64,000 nucleotides of DNA from Candidatus Zixiibacteriota bacterium. GTDB lineage: Bacteria > Zixibacteria > MSB-5A5 > GN15 > FEB-12. The notes under the pieces are model-generated. The model was not told the origin of the DNA. It saw nothing but the letters and a program-made list of their open reading frames with translations, and did not search any database. Made by a program: the position numbers and the translations under genes. This document shows positions 53,716 to 63,098 of this stretch, piece after piece. Location of the stretch: the NCBI GenBank assembly GCA_040752815.1, contig JBFMGC010000004.1, forward strand, positions 2,551 to 66,550. Reading direction: 5' to 3'. How positions within the stretch are numbered: position 1 is the stretch's first letter; each line of letters begins with the position of its first letter.

Positions 53716-53790
53716 TACGGTCGGCTAAACGGTTGAGTGTCACCCTCCGACTGGCTCAGGGTAAGTTTGGATGTATGTGTGTCATTAGGA

Positions 53791-54702
53791 TTACGGGATG
53801 GCCGCCTGCGGAACTGATTCCACACCCAGCGGCGTCACCACACGCACCCCGCGCTCACGGCCACTCTTGTCGCGGTAAACCAGCAGCGACTCAAACATCT
53901 CTCCCGTCCCGGCCGAACCGAACATCGACTGCAGCGAAAACGAAACGGCGAACACGCCGTCTTCCACTCGTCGATTCACTCGCTTGACAAGCAGACTCGG
54001 CGACGGCGACGGGAACCAATCCAGCACATCTTTTGCAGCGACCTCGGGACTGGACAGATACAGAGTGACAATCATCGCTTTGTCGTTGGTGGAATCGGGC
54101 GATAATTCGGCTTGCGCCGACCATCCGGCACGATCGGAAGCGACCGGCAGTAGTTCCTGCAACGCACGAAATCGCAACGCGTGTGTGCTTGTTTGAACTG
54201 ACAATGAGTGAACGCCTGCCATCGGCAGATCGAGCGTGAGCGTCGCCTTGCCGGGGATGCATTCGTCGTGGCAGACCATCCAGTTTACTTGCGCACCCAG
54301 CCGGACCGCCGCGCCGGGTTCGATGTTATCGGGTGGTCTGACCTCGGCGGTCAACAGCACCGAATCGACATATCCGTAGGTGGTCAGAGGACCGTTTTCA
54401 ACAAAGCGGGTCGGTATCGGCCATTGGAGTTCGCCTACTGACCAGCCATCGGGGACCGTCCAGCGTATGTCGGTCGGCAGACCGGCGTCGCCGGAATACT
54501 TCCAATACACGTGCCACTCGGGATCGATTTTGAGCAGGACACCAACCTCGAACGGTTCACCCATTCGCGCCGTATCGGTAGACGCAACCAACTCGGCCCA
54601 GACCGGGTGGCGAGCCGTTTCGTCGCCGCAACCCGCAGAGACGAGCAACGCACACGCCGCCAGGCCGAGCGATAACGTCAAAAACCGGATGCGTTTCGGC
54701 AT
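53791..54702 (-). CDS. lipoprotein with DsbD-alpha-like (thiol:disulfide interchange N-terminal) domain
   Basis: Lipobox LLVSAGC after MPKRIRFLTLSLGLAA (ATG at 54702). HVYWKYSGDAGLPTDIRW...ELQWPIP and VNWMVCHDECIPG match the DsbD N-terminal-domain pattern. The C-terminal ~130 aa are unassigned. Confidence 0.65.
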   Translation of the reverse strand: MPKRIRFLTLSLGLAACALLVSAGCGDETARHPVWAELVASTDTARMGEPFEVGVLLKIDPEWHVYWKYSGDAGLPTDIRWTVPDGWSVGELQWPIPTRFVENGPLTTYGYVDSVLLTAEVRPPDNIEPGAAVRLGAQVNWMVCHDECIPGKATLTLDLPMAGVHSLSVQTSTHALRFRALQELLPVASDRAGWSAQAELSPDSTNDKAMIVTLYLSSPEVAAKDVLDWFPSPSPSLLVKRVNRRVEDGVFAVSFSLQSMFGSAGTGEMFESLLVYRDKSGRERGVRVVTPLGVESVPQAAIP

Positions 54703-54706
54703 CAAC

Positions 54707-55366
54707 CTACTGGGCGTACTTGACACCGCAGCCGTACGGTTTGGTTTCGGCTACTGTCACCGGCTTGCCCGCGAAAATGTCGTCGAGCGCCTGGCTAACG
54801 TAACTGACCTTGCCCTTGGCATCTTTCTGATTCTGCGGGTCATCGTCCACAGCACCAGCGTAGCGGAGAACGCCATCCGGAGTGATAATGTAGACATGCG
54901 GCGTGGTCTTGGCGCCGTACATCTTGCCGACGGCGCCGGTAGGGTCAAGCAGGATGGGATGCTGGATCGACCACTTGGACTTGCGCTCGACATCGCCGCC
55001 GAACTGCGGATGGTCGGGGTTGGTCGAGTTGATGGCAATGAATGCAACATTACGTTTGTCGTAGGCGGCGTACAGGTTGCCGAACGTATGGTTGACTTCA
55101 AAGTGGCGGATGACAACCGGACAGTTGGCATTGAACCAGTAGAGAACGACCGTCTTGCCGGCGTCGAGATACTGCTTCAGAGTGTGGGTCTTGCCGTCGG
55201 TATCCGGCAGACTGAATACCGGCGCGGGCTTGCCGATTTCGGCGACTGGCGATACGGTTGTAGCCGGCTCGGTATTGGCTTTTGCATCGTTATCGGCATG
55301 GCCGGACGAGATGGCGACAAGTGTCAGCGCCGCCAAAGCGCCGGCGTACTTTGCAACTGATGACAT
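54707..55366 (-). CDS. secreted thioredoxin-fold (redoxin/TlpA-like) protein
   Basis: Signal peptide MSSVAKYAGALAALTLVAISSGHA. APVFSLPDTDGKTHTL...VVLYWFNANCPVV...TTPHVYIITPDG. AGGAG RBS 5 nt before the ATG at 55366. Confidence 0.75.
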   Translation of the reverse strand: MSSVAKYAGALAALTLVAISSGHADNDAKANTEPATTVSPVAEIGKPAPVFSLPDTDGKTHTLKQYLDAGKTVVLYWFNANCPVVIRHFEVNHTFGNLYAAYDKRNVAFIAINSTNPDHPQFGGDVERKSKWSIQHPILLDPTGAVGKMYGAKTTPHVYIITPDGVLRYAGAVDDDPQNQKDAKGKVSYVSQALDDIFAGKPVTVAETKPYGCGVKYAQ

Positions 55367-55566
55367 AGAGACTCCTTTGGTGTGAAAGGTCACGGCTCGT
55401 ACGCAGGCGGTCTAACGAGGACCCATGAAGCCCGCGAATGAGGTCCAGGTAACAGGCCCTAAACGTGCGAGCCCGGGCGGGAGTTCCAGGGGGATTCGTG
55501 GGCGGTCGAAGACGTTCGACACCCGATCCGTTGCGGACGAGGACCCCCGATCAGGTCGACAGCAAG

Positions 55567-55580
55567 CGTCCACCACGCAC
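55567..55580. repeat. solo arm of REP family 2
   Basis: CGTCCACCACGCAC is the exact reverse complement of the first 14 nt of the 63023 copy. Confidence 0.5.
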
Positions 55581-55590
55581 CGATCCAATC

Positions 55591-55624
55591 GGCAGAATCA
55601 CTCCCCCGAAGCGGGGGAGGATTC
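55591..55624. repeat. 34-nt intergenic repeat, copy 2
   Basis: GGCAGAATCACTCCCCCGAAGCGGGGGAGGATTC contains a perfect 8-bp hairpin CTCCCCCG/CGGGGGAG. Confidence 0.65.
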
Positions 55625-55649
55625 TCCTTACGACTTACTCATCAGTACG

Positions 55650-55676
55650 CGGCAGATGAGGGCATCTGCCGGGCAC
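55650..55676. repeat. REP family 1 copy
   Basis: CGGCAGATG-AGGG-CATCTGCCG followed by GGCAC. Confidence 0.8.
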
Positions 55677-55710
55677 CTTACGCCGCGCAACGACTATTCT
55701 CCAAACCTGC

Positions 55711-57963
55711 TCACACCTGGTGCTTCTGGGCATCCATGACCGCGATCGCCGCCATGTCGACAATCTCGCCGACATCGAGCGTACGATGCAGCACGTGGAC
55801 CGGTCGGGACAGGCCCATCAGAATAGGACCGATGCCCTTGAGTCCGCCCAAGTTCAGCGCCAGCTTGTAGGCGATGTTGCCTGAGTTCAGGTCCGGGAAG
55901 ATCAGCACGTTGGCCTCCTCGGTCAGTCGTGAGAAGGGGAAGTGCCGCTTCAAATAGTCGGGCATAAGCGCGGTATCGAGCTGCATCTCGCCGTCGACCA
56001 TCAGCTCGGGCGCCTTCTCCCGTACCAGCCGGGTGGCCAGCGCCACTTTGTTCGATTCCGGCAGCGGAGCCGAACCAAAGTTGGAGAACGAGAGCATGGC
56101 GATGCGCGGTTTCATGTTAAACCCGCGCGCGACCTTGGCGGCGCCGATCGCGATCTCGGCCAGTTCCTCGGCGGTCGGGTTGATGTTGACCGTCGTATCG
56201 GCAAACAGGTACAGTTTGGAATCTTTCACCAGTGCATACAGGCCCGAAACGCGGGTCACGCCGGGACTGAGATCGATCATCTGCAATGCCGGTCGGATCG
56301 TGTGGGGGTAATCCGATGTCACCCCCGACAGGACCGCGTCACAGTCGCCCTGGGCCAGCATCATGATGCCGAAATAGGTGCGGCTCAGCATCTGGTCTCG
56401 GGCTTTTTCGAGAGTCACCCCTTTGCGGCAGCGCCGCTTGTAGTAGGCTTCGGCATAGCTCTCAAGCTTGGGCGACGAAATAGGATCGATAATAGTGATA
56501 CCGGTGAGGTCGATTTCGTATTTCACCGCCAGTTTCCTAATATCGTCCAACTTACCAAGAACGATCGGTTTGGCGATACCTTCCTGCTCGACAATCTTGG
56601 CCGCCCGGATGATGCGACTGGAATCGCCTTCCGGGAAGACCACGCGCTTGGGAGACTTCTTGGCCTTGTCGAAAACCACGTTCATGAAGATGCGGCCCTG
56701 GCCGATTCGACCTTCGAGCTGTTTTTTGTACTCGTCGATATCGATCGGCGCCTGGGCGACACCGCTGTCCATGGCCGCTTTCGCGACTGCCGAGGCCTCC
56801 CACACCAGCACGCGGCTGTCGAACGGTTTCGGGATGATATACTCCCGGCCGAATCGGAAGTATTCGACCCCGTACGCCTTGGCGACATTTTCAGGAACGT
56901 CTTCCTTGGCGAGCCGCGCCAGGGCGTGGACGGCGGCGATTTTCATCTCCTCATTGATCGCAGTGGCATGGACATCGAGCGCACCGCGGAAAATAAACGG
57001 GAAGCCGAGCACGTTGTTGACCTGGTTGGGATAATCCGAGCGACCGGTCGCCATGATTGCGTCCTTGCGGACCGCTACTACGTCGGGATAAGTGATCTCC
57101 GGGTCGGGATTAGCCATAGCGAACAGGATTGGATCCTTGGCCATCTTCTTGACCATGTCCTGCGTGACCAGATCCTTCACGGAAACGCCCACGAACACAT
57201 CGGCGTCAACAAGGGCATCGGCAATGGTCCGGCAATTGGTTTTGCGGACGAACTGCGCTTTGTACTTGTTCCACTTCTCATCGCGTCCCTCATACATCAC
57301 GCCCTTGGAATCGACCATAAGTATGTTATCAGGCTTGACCCCGAGCGAAATGTAGAGCTTGGCGCAGGCGATACCGGCGGCGCCGGCTCCTGAGTAAACC
57401 ACCCGGACTTTGCTGATATCTTTGTTGACCAATTCCAATGCATTGAGCAGCGCGGCCGCGGAAATAATCGCCGTGCCGTGCTGGTCATCGTGGAAGACCG
57501 GAATTTTCATTGTCGCCTTGAGGGTCTCTTCGATATAGAAACACTCCGGTCCCTTGATGTCCTCGAGATTGATACCGCCGAAAGTCGGCTCCAGCAGTTG
57601 ACACGCCTTGATGACCTCATCGGGATCCTCGGTGGCGAGTTCAATATCGAACACGTCGATATCGGCAAACCTCTTGAAAAGAACGCCTTTGCCTTCCATG
57701 ACCGGCTTACCGGCGGCGGCGCCGATATTGCCCAGTCCAAGCACCGCGGTGCCGTTGGAGACCACCGCAACCAGATTCCCCTTGGCGGTGTACTTGTAAA
57801 CGTCGGCCGGGTTCTGATGAATCATTTTGCAGGGCTCGGCAACCCCGGGGGTATAGGCGAGCGATAAGTCGACCTGCGTACTGCACGGTTTAGTGGGGCG
57901 GACTTCGATCTTGCCCCGTTTGCCTTGCGAGTGGTAATCCAGAGCCTGTTGTCTGGTAATCAT
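55711..57963 (-). CDS. maeB: NADP-dependent malic enzyme (malic enzyme + phosphotransacetylase-like domain, MaeB type)
   Basis: 750 aa. [19 protein letters not shown] and GAGAAG in the N-terminal half, and a PTA-like C-terminal half. AGGAG RBS. Confidence 0.94.
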   Translation of the reverse strand: MITRQQALDYHSQGKRGKIEVRPTKPCSTQVDLSLAYTPGVAEPCKMIHQNPADVYKYTAKGNLVAVVSNGTAVLGLGNIGAAAGKPVMEGKGVLFKRFADIDVFDIELATEDPDEVIKACQLLEPTFGGINLEDIKGPECFYIEETLKATMKIPVFHDDQHGTAIISAAALLNALELVNKDISKVRVVYSGAGAAGIACAKLYISLGVKPDNILMVDSKGVMYEGRDEKWNKYKAQFVRKTNCRTIADALVDADVFVGVSVKDLVTQDMVKKMAKDPILFAMANPDPEITYPDVVAVRKDAIMATGRSDYPNQVNNVLGFPFIFRGALDVHATAINEEMKIAAVHALARLAKEDVPENVAKAYGVEYFRFGREYIIPKPFDSRVLVWEASAVAKAAMDSGVAQAPIDIDEYKKQLEGRIGQGRIFMNVVFDKAKKSPKRVVFPEGDSSRIIRAAKIVEQEGIAKPIVLGKLDDIRKLAVKYEIDLTGITIIDPISSPKLESYAEAYYKRRCRKGVTLEKARDQMLSRTYFGIMMLAQGDCDAVLSGVTSDYPHTIRPALQMIDLSPGVTRVSGLYALVKDSKLYLFADTTVNINPTAEELAEIAIGAAKVARGFNMKPRIAMLSFSNFGSAPLPESNKVALATRLVREKAPELMVDGEMQLDTALMPDYLKRHFPFSRLTEEANVLIFPDLNSGNIAYKLALNLGGLKGIGPILMGLSRPVHVLHRTLDVGEIVDMAAIAVMDAQKHQV

Positions 57964-58159
57964 ATAGTTCTATCTCCTGTCGCCGGGCCTTGCCGGTTTT
58001 TCACGTCCTAAAACGACGCAATAAAGGACCTGTCGGGGACAGGTCAAGCGGTTTCGGGCGGGGACAAAGGCGGCTTACGATGCACCAGTGAACTCAGCAT
58101 AACCGACACGCCTCTATCGGCTTAGGATCTGGTGACGTTGGGAGGAATTCAAAGCCATC

Positions 58160-58873
58160 CTACCATTGCATCCGGTAGATACGGGGTTGATCAGAGCCGA
58201 TCCGGCGTCTACCCCTTACCGCCAGCAGCAGCCGCAGGAGCAGATAGCCGAATACGAATCCCCCCACGTGGGCCAGCCAGGCCACTCCCCCGCCGGAACC
58301 GAGGTCGAGAGTTGACATGAGTATCTGGTAGACGAACCAGAACCCCAACACCACTTTGGCCGGGAATTCCCTCAGCATGATGAAGAAGAAGACAATGAGG
58401 ATAGTAATGCGCGCCTGCGGATGAAGAACATAGTACGCGCCCATGACACCGGCGATCGCGCCGGACGCCCCCACCAGCGGCACCTGCGAATTGGGATTAA
58501 ACAGCGTGTAGAGTGCAATGGCCGCAATACCGGAGATGAGATAGAACAGGATGAACCGTATCGAGCCGAAGTAGTCTTCGATGTTATTGCCGTAGATCCA
58601 GAGGAAGAGCATGTTGCCGATCAGGTGCATCCAGCCGCCGTGGAGGAACATCGACGTAAACGGCGTGGCATACAGCCAATGAGGAACATCGAGGTATTGG
58701 TCGGACTCGAGTACGAGATCAGGAATATAGCCGAAATAAACCAGCACGTTTTGGAAACCCTCGTACCCAAGCGTCTTGGTATACAGAAAGACTGCGGAAT
58801 TGATGAGGATCAACGCAATCGTAAAGTGCGGGGGGCGCAAGGTTGGCTGGTCATCACGGATGGGTATGAACAC
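58160..58873 (-). CDS. rhomboid family intramembrane serine protease
   Basis: HGGWMHLIGNMLFLW and catalytic GASGAIAGVMGAY...AHVGGF. Six or more TM segments. GTG start. Confidence 0.9.
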   Translation of the reverse strand: MFIPIRDDQPTLRPPHFTIALILINSAVFLYTKTLGYEGFQNVLVYFGYIPDLVLESDQYLDVPHWLYATPFTSMFLHGGWMHLIGNMLFLWIYGNNIEDYFGSIRFILFYLISGIAAIALYTLFNPNSQVPLVGASGAIAGVMGAYYVLHPQARITILIVFFFIMLREFPAKVVLGFWFVYQILMSTLDLGSGGGVAWLAHVGGFVFGYLLLRLLLAVRGRRRIGSDQPRIYRMQW

Positions 58874-58952
58874 CGATCTGTTTTCCTACGCTCGGAAGAC
58901 CCACAGCAGGGCGAGTTGAGTTTCCATTGGCTGATATATAAACACGCGACCT

Positions 58953-60947
58953 CTATTTCGTACTCTTACTCTTACTCTGCTTCACTATCTCGAATTCGAG
59001 TGTTCGTTCCGCACGATTGCCGGCACGGTCCAGGACCACAATACTCAACTGATGTTTTCCGATGTCAAGCGGACCTTTCAGTTTCGCCACGCAGCGACCG
59101 GTTTCGACATCGAGTTCCGGAAGCAGCCACTGGCCGTCAATGCGCACGTCGATAGCCCGGTCATCCTCGAACCCGGAGAGGTTGTCGCTCAGTTTGAATG
59201 TCACCTCGGGACGCCGATTGGTGTACTTGTGACCGTTTTTCAAATTCAGACCGGTGATAGTCGGCGCCGCGGCATCGAGCACGACCGTAAACAGGCCGCC
59301 GCCCGAGGAGGTCCCCTCGGCGACACTGTCGCCCAGCTCGCCGTTGTCAATCCAGGTCCAGGCATCTCCCTTCTCAGCCGACCAGCCAAGGCCCGCCTGA
59401 CGAATGCCGGGCGTGGACGGGTCCAGCTTTATGGCGACTTTGAACTGTCCCTTCATGGGGAGTGACTGGGGTTCGACCCGGTATACCTGCGAGACAGGAA
59501 TCGGTTGGGTTCCGCGCAGAGGATCAGTTGCTTTCACGGCGAGAAACTGCGGCCGAAATAGAGCTCCTTTGGGTACCGTCAGTGTGAACTGGTCATCGCC
59601 GGATCGTAACTGCCGGTCCCCGTCCCAGCCGACCACCGCCAGATCAATACCTTTATTTTTGATCTCATCCTGAAGCCGGTATGATTCCAGATCATGCGGG
59701 TCCAGAAGCGTCTCATGCGGCGACTTCGCCCGGAAGAAAAGGTAGTGCTTTCGGTCACTCGCCCTGATCTGCATTATAAGACCGTCATCCGCCAATTCAT
59801 ACCCTTCCAATGTGGGTGTGGTGTCGTTCTGGAATTCGTATGACGATCTTGCTGCCGCCGACTCAGTCGAACCCGGTTCGACATAATTGAAATGAAACGT
59901 CAGCTCTGAGCGGTTCCCCGCCGCATCCTCGCCGACTATTAGCACCTCGTGACGGCCCACGCGCGGCGGCGAGTCGACTCCATAGGCGCAGGTCCCGGGC
60001 GAACGACCGCCGTAGCAGGCGCGCGCCTCGGGCCAGATCGCGTCCTGAGCCACCGGGCGAAACATCCGCCGCACCCGCCTCTCACCGTTGGCTGCCTCTG
60101 CCGGATCAAACAGGAGCGATACCGCCGAACCGACCTCGAACGGCAGCGTGTCGAAAACCGATTCGTAATAAGGGACACTATCGATGTACATCGTCAGTTT
60201 GTGAATAGCCTGGCGCATACCGCCGGGGCGCATCTGATCGAAACCGTCGACCAGAAATCCGAAAGGAGCATCCAGGGCGAGCGTACGTTCCGCCCGGTAC
60301 TTGCCGGCGGAAATCTTCTTGACCGGCAGGAACAACTTGCGGCGACCCTGCGCGAAAAGGGAGTGGTTATCGAGCAACTGAATCCCCAGACGCTCCAAGG
60401 TTGGCGGTACGCGATCGTCGAGGTCGAACCCATGCAATAACGGGTTCAGCGGCAGATTATCCGCGGTGCGTTTTTCAAAGTGGAGATGTGGTGCCCCCAC
60501 GCCGGTCTGTCCGGAGAAGGCGATTAGGTCTCCTTTCTTGACCCGAATGGAATCCGGTGGGAAGGTAAGCTCGACATAGTAGCGTTCGAGCTGAAACTGC
60601 TCGTCGGTAACCGCTTTGGTGATGGCGTCTGGAAATCCGGACAGATGCCCGAAGACGTAGATGTGCTTGTCGTCCCCTTTTAGATACAAACCCTTGCCGT
60701 ACCCGCGATAGGACATCTTGATCCGCCAGATGTACCCGTCCACCGGTGCATACACTTTGGCGCCGATCCGGCCGCCCGTGCGGAGGTCCAGACCAACATG
60801 GAACCGGCCGGCGCGGAGGTCTCCGTAGCCGGAGGACAGATCGATCTCCCCCTTGAGCGGCCATACTGGGTTCTGGCCGTAAGCTGTTGTCCCCAAAATG
60901 AGTAGCACGGCTAACAAGGCGACGGCATTGGTCGATACTCTGGTCAT
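58953..60947 (-). CDS. secreted M23 (LytM-type) metallopeptidase with a large uncharacterised C-terminal region
   Basis: Signal peptide MTRVSTNAVALLAVLLILGTTAYG (ATG at 60947). M23 motifs HVGLDL, YAPVDG, GQTGVGAPHLHFE. About 450 further residues have no motif that I recognise. Confidence 0.85.
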   Translation of the reverse strand: MTRVSTNAVALLAVLLILGTTAYGQNPVWPLKGEIDLSSGYGDLRAGRFHVGLDLRTGGRIGAKVYAPVDGYIWRIKMSYRGYGKGLYLKGDDKHIYVFGHLSGFPDAITKAVTDEQFQLERYYVELTFPPDSIRVKKGDLIAFSGQTGVGAPHLHFEKRTADNLPLNPLLHGFDLDDRVPPTLERLGIQLLDNHSLFAQGRRKLFLPVKKISAGKYRAERTLALDAPFGFLVDGFDQMRPGGMRQAIHKLTMYIDSVPYYESVFDTLPFEVGSAVSLLFDPAEAANGERRVRRMFRPVAQDAIWPEARACYGGRSPGTCAYGVDSPPRVGRHEVLIVGEDAAGNRSELTFHFNYVEPGSTESAAARSSYEFQNDTTPTLEGYELADDGLIMQIRASDRKHYLFFRAKSPHETLLDPHDLESYRLQDEIKNKGIDLAVVGWDGDRQLRSGDDQFTLTVPKGALFRPQFLAVKATDPLRGTQPIPVSQVYRVEPQSLPMKGQFKVAIKLDPSTPGIRQAGLGWSAEKGDAWTWIDNGELGDSVAEGTSSGGGLFTVVLDAAAPTITGLNLKNGHKYTNRRPEVTFKLSDNLSGFEDDRAIDVRIDGQWLLPELDVETGRCVAKLKGPLDIGKHQLSIVVLDRAGNRAERTLEFEIVKQSKSKSTK

Positions 60948-61045
60948 AGGTGCGGCCACGGCTGCTTGCTCAAAAGGTTCATGGATGGTACCAACAAGCG
61001 AGCCGAGAGAACAGTTTTTTTTGCCGCAATCGAGCTGGCTGCGCC

Positions 61046-61073
61046 TTGCCAATGGCGCGCATTTGGGTATATT
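61046..61073 (+). promoter_or_regulatory. candidate sigma-70 promoter for ppiD
   Basis: TTGCCA (61046-61051), a 16-nt spacer, then TATATT (61068-61073). RBS GAGAGGAG precedes the ATG at 61147. Confidence 0.45.
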
Positions 61074-61146
61074 ATGAAGTTTGTGCCCTCCAAACAGCGG
61101 CGGTCGCAGGAATCGGGTACAATGGTACTGAGAGGAGTTCGGTCAG

Positions 61147-62964
61147 ATGTTTGAAATGCTTCGCAAGATGATCCTGCCGATCATCATCACCGTGTTAGTT
61201 TTCTTTGTTGCCATGATCGTGCTGGAATGGGGCATGAATTTCAGCGGGCGCGGCACAGGTTTGGAAAGGAACGTGGCCGGGATCATCAACGGCGAGGAGA
61301 TCTCGTGGCAGACTTACTCCCAAGTGCTCAATAACCTGTATCAGAACGAGCGGAATACCCGGGGAGCCGATTACGAAATCCCGGAAACACGGGAGCGTGA
61401 ACTGGAGCAGCAGGCCTGGGATGAGCTGGTCGCCGACCGGCTCATAAAGCAGGAAGGTCAGAAGATGGGAGTGGTGGTGACCGGCGAGGATCTCTACCAG
61501 TTTCTCAGATTTAACCCGCCGCAGTTCCTGCAGCAGTCACCCGAACTTCAGACCAACGGCGTATTCGATTATCAGAAGTATGAGGCCCTGATGGCCGACC
61601 CCAGTCAGGCCGCCTTCTGGGCCAGTGTCGAGCAAGCATACCGAGAGGACCTCAAGCGATTCAAGGTCCAGCAACAGGTCATGGAGGCGGCCGTGGTCAG
61701 CGATGAGGAAGCACGGCAGGCGTTCCTGGATCATTTTGAGAAGATCACGCTGGGAGTTGTCAATATTCCCATGACACGGTTCTACGGCTTGATAAAGGAT
61801 CCGACACCTGAAGAAATGCAGGAATACTACGAAAAGAATCGCGAGGACTACAAATTAGGCGAGCGGGTGGTCCTGGAAATAGTCCGGGCCAGCAAGGCGC
61901 CGGGCCAGTTCGACGAGGAAGCCGCCAAAGTGCGAGCTCAAGAGATTTACGATTCCGTGACCGCCGGTTCCGATTTTGCCGAGTTCGCACGAATATATTC
62001 CGATGATCCCGGTTCGGGCTCTAACGGCGGCGATTTGGGCTGGTTTGCGCCGGGGCGGATGGTCAAGCAGTTCGACAGCGCCGCATTCGCCATGCGCGAA
62101 GGGGAGATTTCGTTGCCCATCAAGACCGATTTCGGCTGGCACGTTCTCAAGCACATGGGTTATCGAGAAGAAAACGGTCAGCGCGAGGCCCACGTGGCGC
62201 ATATTCTCGTCAAGACTGAGGCTTCAACACAGACTCTGGACGCCGCCTGGCAGCAACTCGATTTAATTAAGACCCAGGCAGCCGAGACCGGGTTCGCCGA
62301 GGCCGCGCAAGCGGAGGGCCTCGAGGTACACACAACTACGCCGCCCCTGGAAAAGACTGGCAGCGTCAGTTGGGTGGGGGCCGGGCCGAAAGACATAGAA
62401 TGGGCTTTCAAAGCTCAGGTGGGCGACATCTCGGAGGTGCTTGACCTTACCAATTACTACTGTGTGATGCGGGTAGCCGACAAGATTCCGGCCGGAGTGG
62501 CCGAACTAAAAGACGTCGAGGCCAGGGTCAAGCGAGACTTCCGTAACGCCAAACTGGCCGAGGTCTGCCGCGACACAGCCCAGGTGATCTACGACGAGAT
62601 CGGCCGCGGCGCCACCCTGGAAAACGCCGCTATTCGCTATGGCTTCACCTACGAAAAGCTGGAGCCGATTTCGCGCGACGCCTCCGTCCCGAAACTGGGC
62701 GGCGATCCAACCGCGATCGGGACGGCGTTCAGCCTCAAGAATGTCGGAGCGGTGTCAAAACCGGTTGATTACTCGACCGGCACGGTGATTATGGAGCTGC
62801 TCAATCGCGAGTCACCCGACCTCACGACCTTCAGCGAAAAACGGGATTCGGTTCTAAACGTATTGAAGCAGACCAAGCAGCAGCGCGCCTGGGGAGCCTG
62901 GTATACCAGCGTGGTGGAAAACGCGCAGATAGAGAACTATCTCAACTTCCAGCGCCGGCGGTAG
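61147..62964 (+). CDS. ppiD: periplasmic chaperone / peptidyl-prolyl isomerase PpiD-like (SurA-N + parvulin)
   Basis: N-terminal membrane anchor ILPIIITVLVFFVAMIVL. Parvulin domain FAEFARIYSDDPGSGSNGGDLGWF...FGWHVLK. Confidence 0.88.
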   Translation: MFEMLRKMILPIIITVLVFFVAMIVLEWGMNFSGRGTGLERNVAGIINGEEISWQTYSQVLNNLYQNERNTRGADYEIPETRERELEQQAWDELVADRLIKQEGQKMGVVVTGEDLYQFLRFNPPQFLQQSPELQTNGVFDYQKYEALMADPSQAAFWASVEQAYREDLKRFKVQQQVMEAAVVSDEEARQAFLDHFEKITLGVVNIPMTRFYGLIKDPTPEEMQEYYEKNREDYKLGERVVLEIVRASKAPGQFDEEAAKVRAQEIYDSVTAGSDFAEFARIYSDDPGSGSNGGDLGWFAPGRMVKQFDSAAFAMREGEISLPIKTDFGWHVLKHMGYREENGQREAHVAHILVKTEASTQTLDAAWQQLDLIKTQAAETGFAEAAQAEGLEVHTTTPPLEKTGSVSWVGAGPKDIEWAFKAQVGDISEVLDLTNYYCVMRVADKIPAGVAELKDVEARVKRDFRNAKLAEVCRDTAQVIYDEIGRGATLENAAIRYGFTYEKLEPISRDASVPKLGGDPTAIGTAFSLKNVGAVSKPVDYSTGTVIMELLNRESPDLTTFSEKRDSVLNVLKQTKQQRAWGAWYTSVVENAQIENYLNFQRRR

Positions 62965-63022
62965 GAAGCGTAGCCGGAGCTGTCAAGCATCCCGCCTCGG
63001 AGGGGCCGGGCGGCGCATCGTC

Positions 63023-63051
63023 GTGCGTGGTGGACGTCCCCATCCACCACG
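63023..63051. repeat. REP family 2 copy
   Basis: GTGCGTGGTGGACGTCCCCATCCACCACG. A 9-bp stem CGTGGTGGA/TCCACCACG with an 8-nt loop, located between convergent ppiD and the CN-hydrolase gene. Confidence 0.8.
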
Positions 63052-63098
63052 GTCTTCAAGCCGATGGCCATTCGGGGAGGGACAGCGAGGGACCCCAG

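Noticed and set aside
53608-53790. Possible ZTP (pfl) or other purine/folate riboswitch upstream of purM, prompted by a CACUGGCG string on the minus strand.
   Set aside because: The other conserved ZTP elements are absent (the ACCGGG-containing sub-domain and the 3' CCGCCUGGGC pseudoknot partner). The region instead carries one copy of the 34-nt dispersed repeat.
55560-55680. A tRNA, tmRNA, RNase P or SRP RNA hidden in the 316-bp gap between maeB and the redoxin gene (TCCACCACG resembles an acceptor end).
   Set aside because: No cloverleaf can be drawn, no T-loop GTTCGAATC-type box is present, and no RNase P GAGGAAAGUCC or SRP GGAA/AGCA motifs occur. The matching strings are arms of REP family 2.
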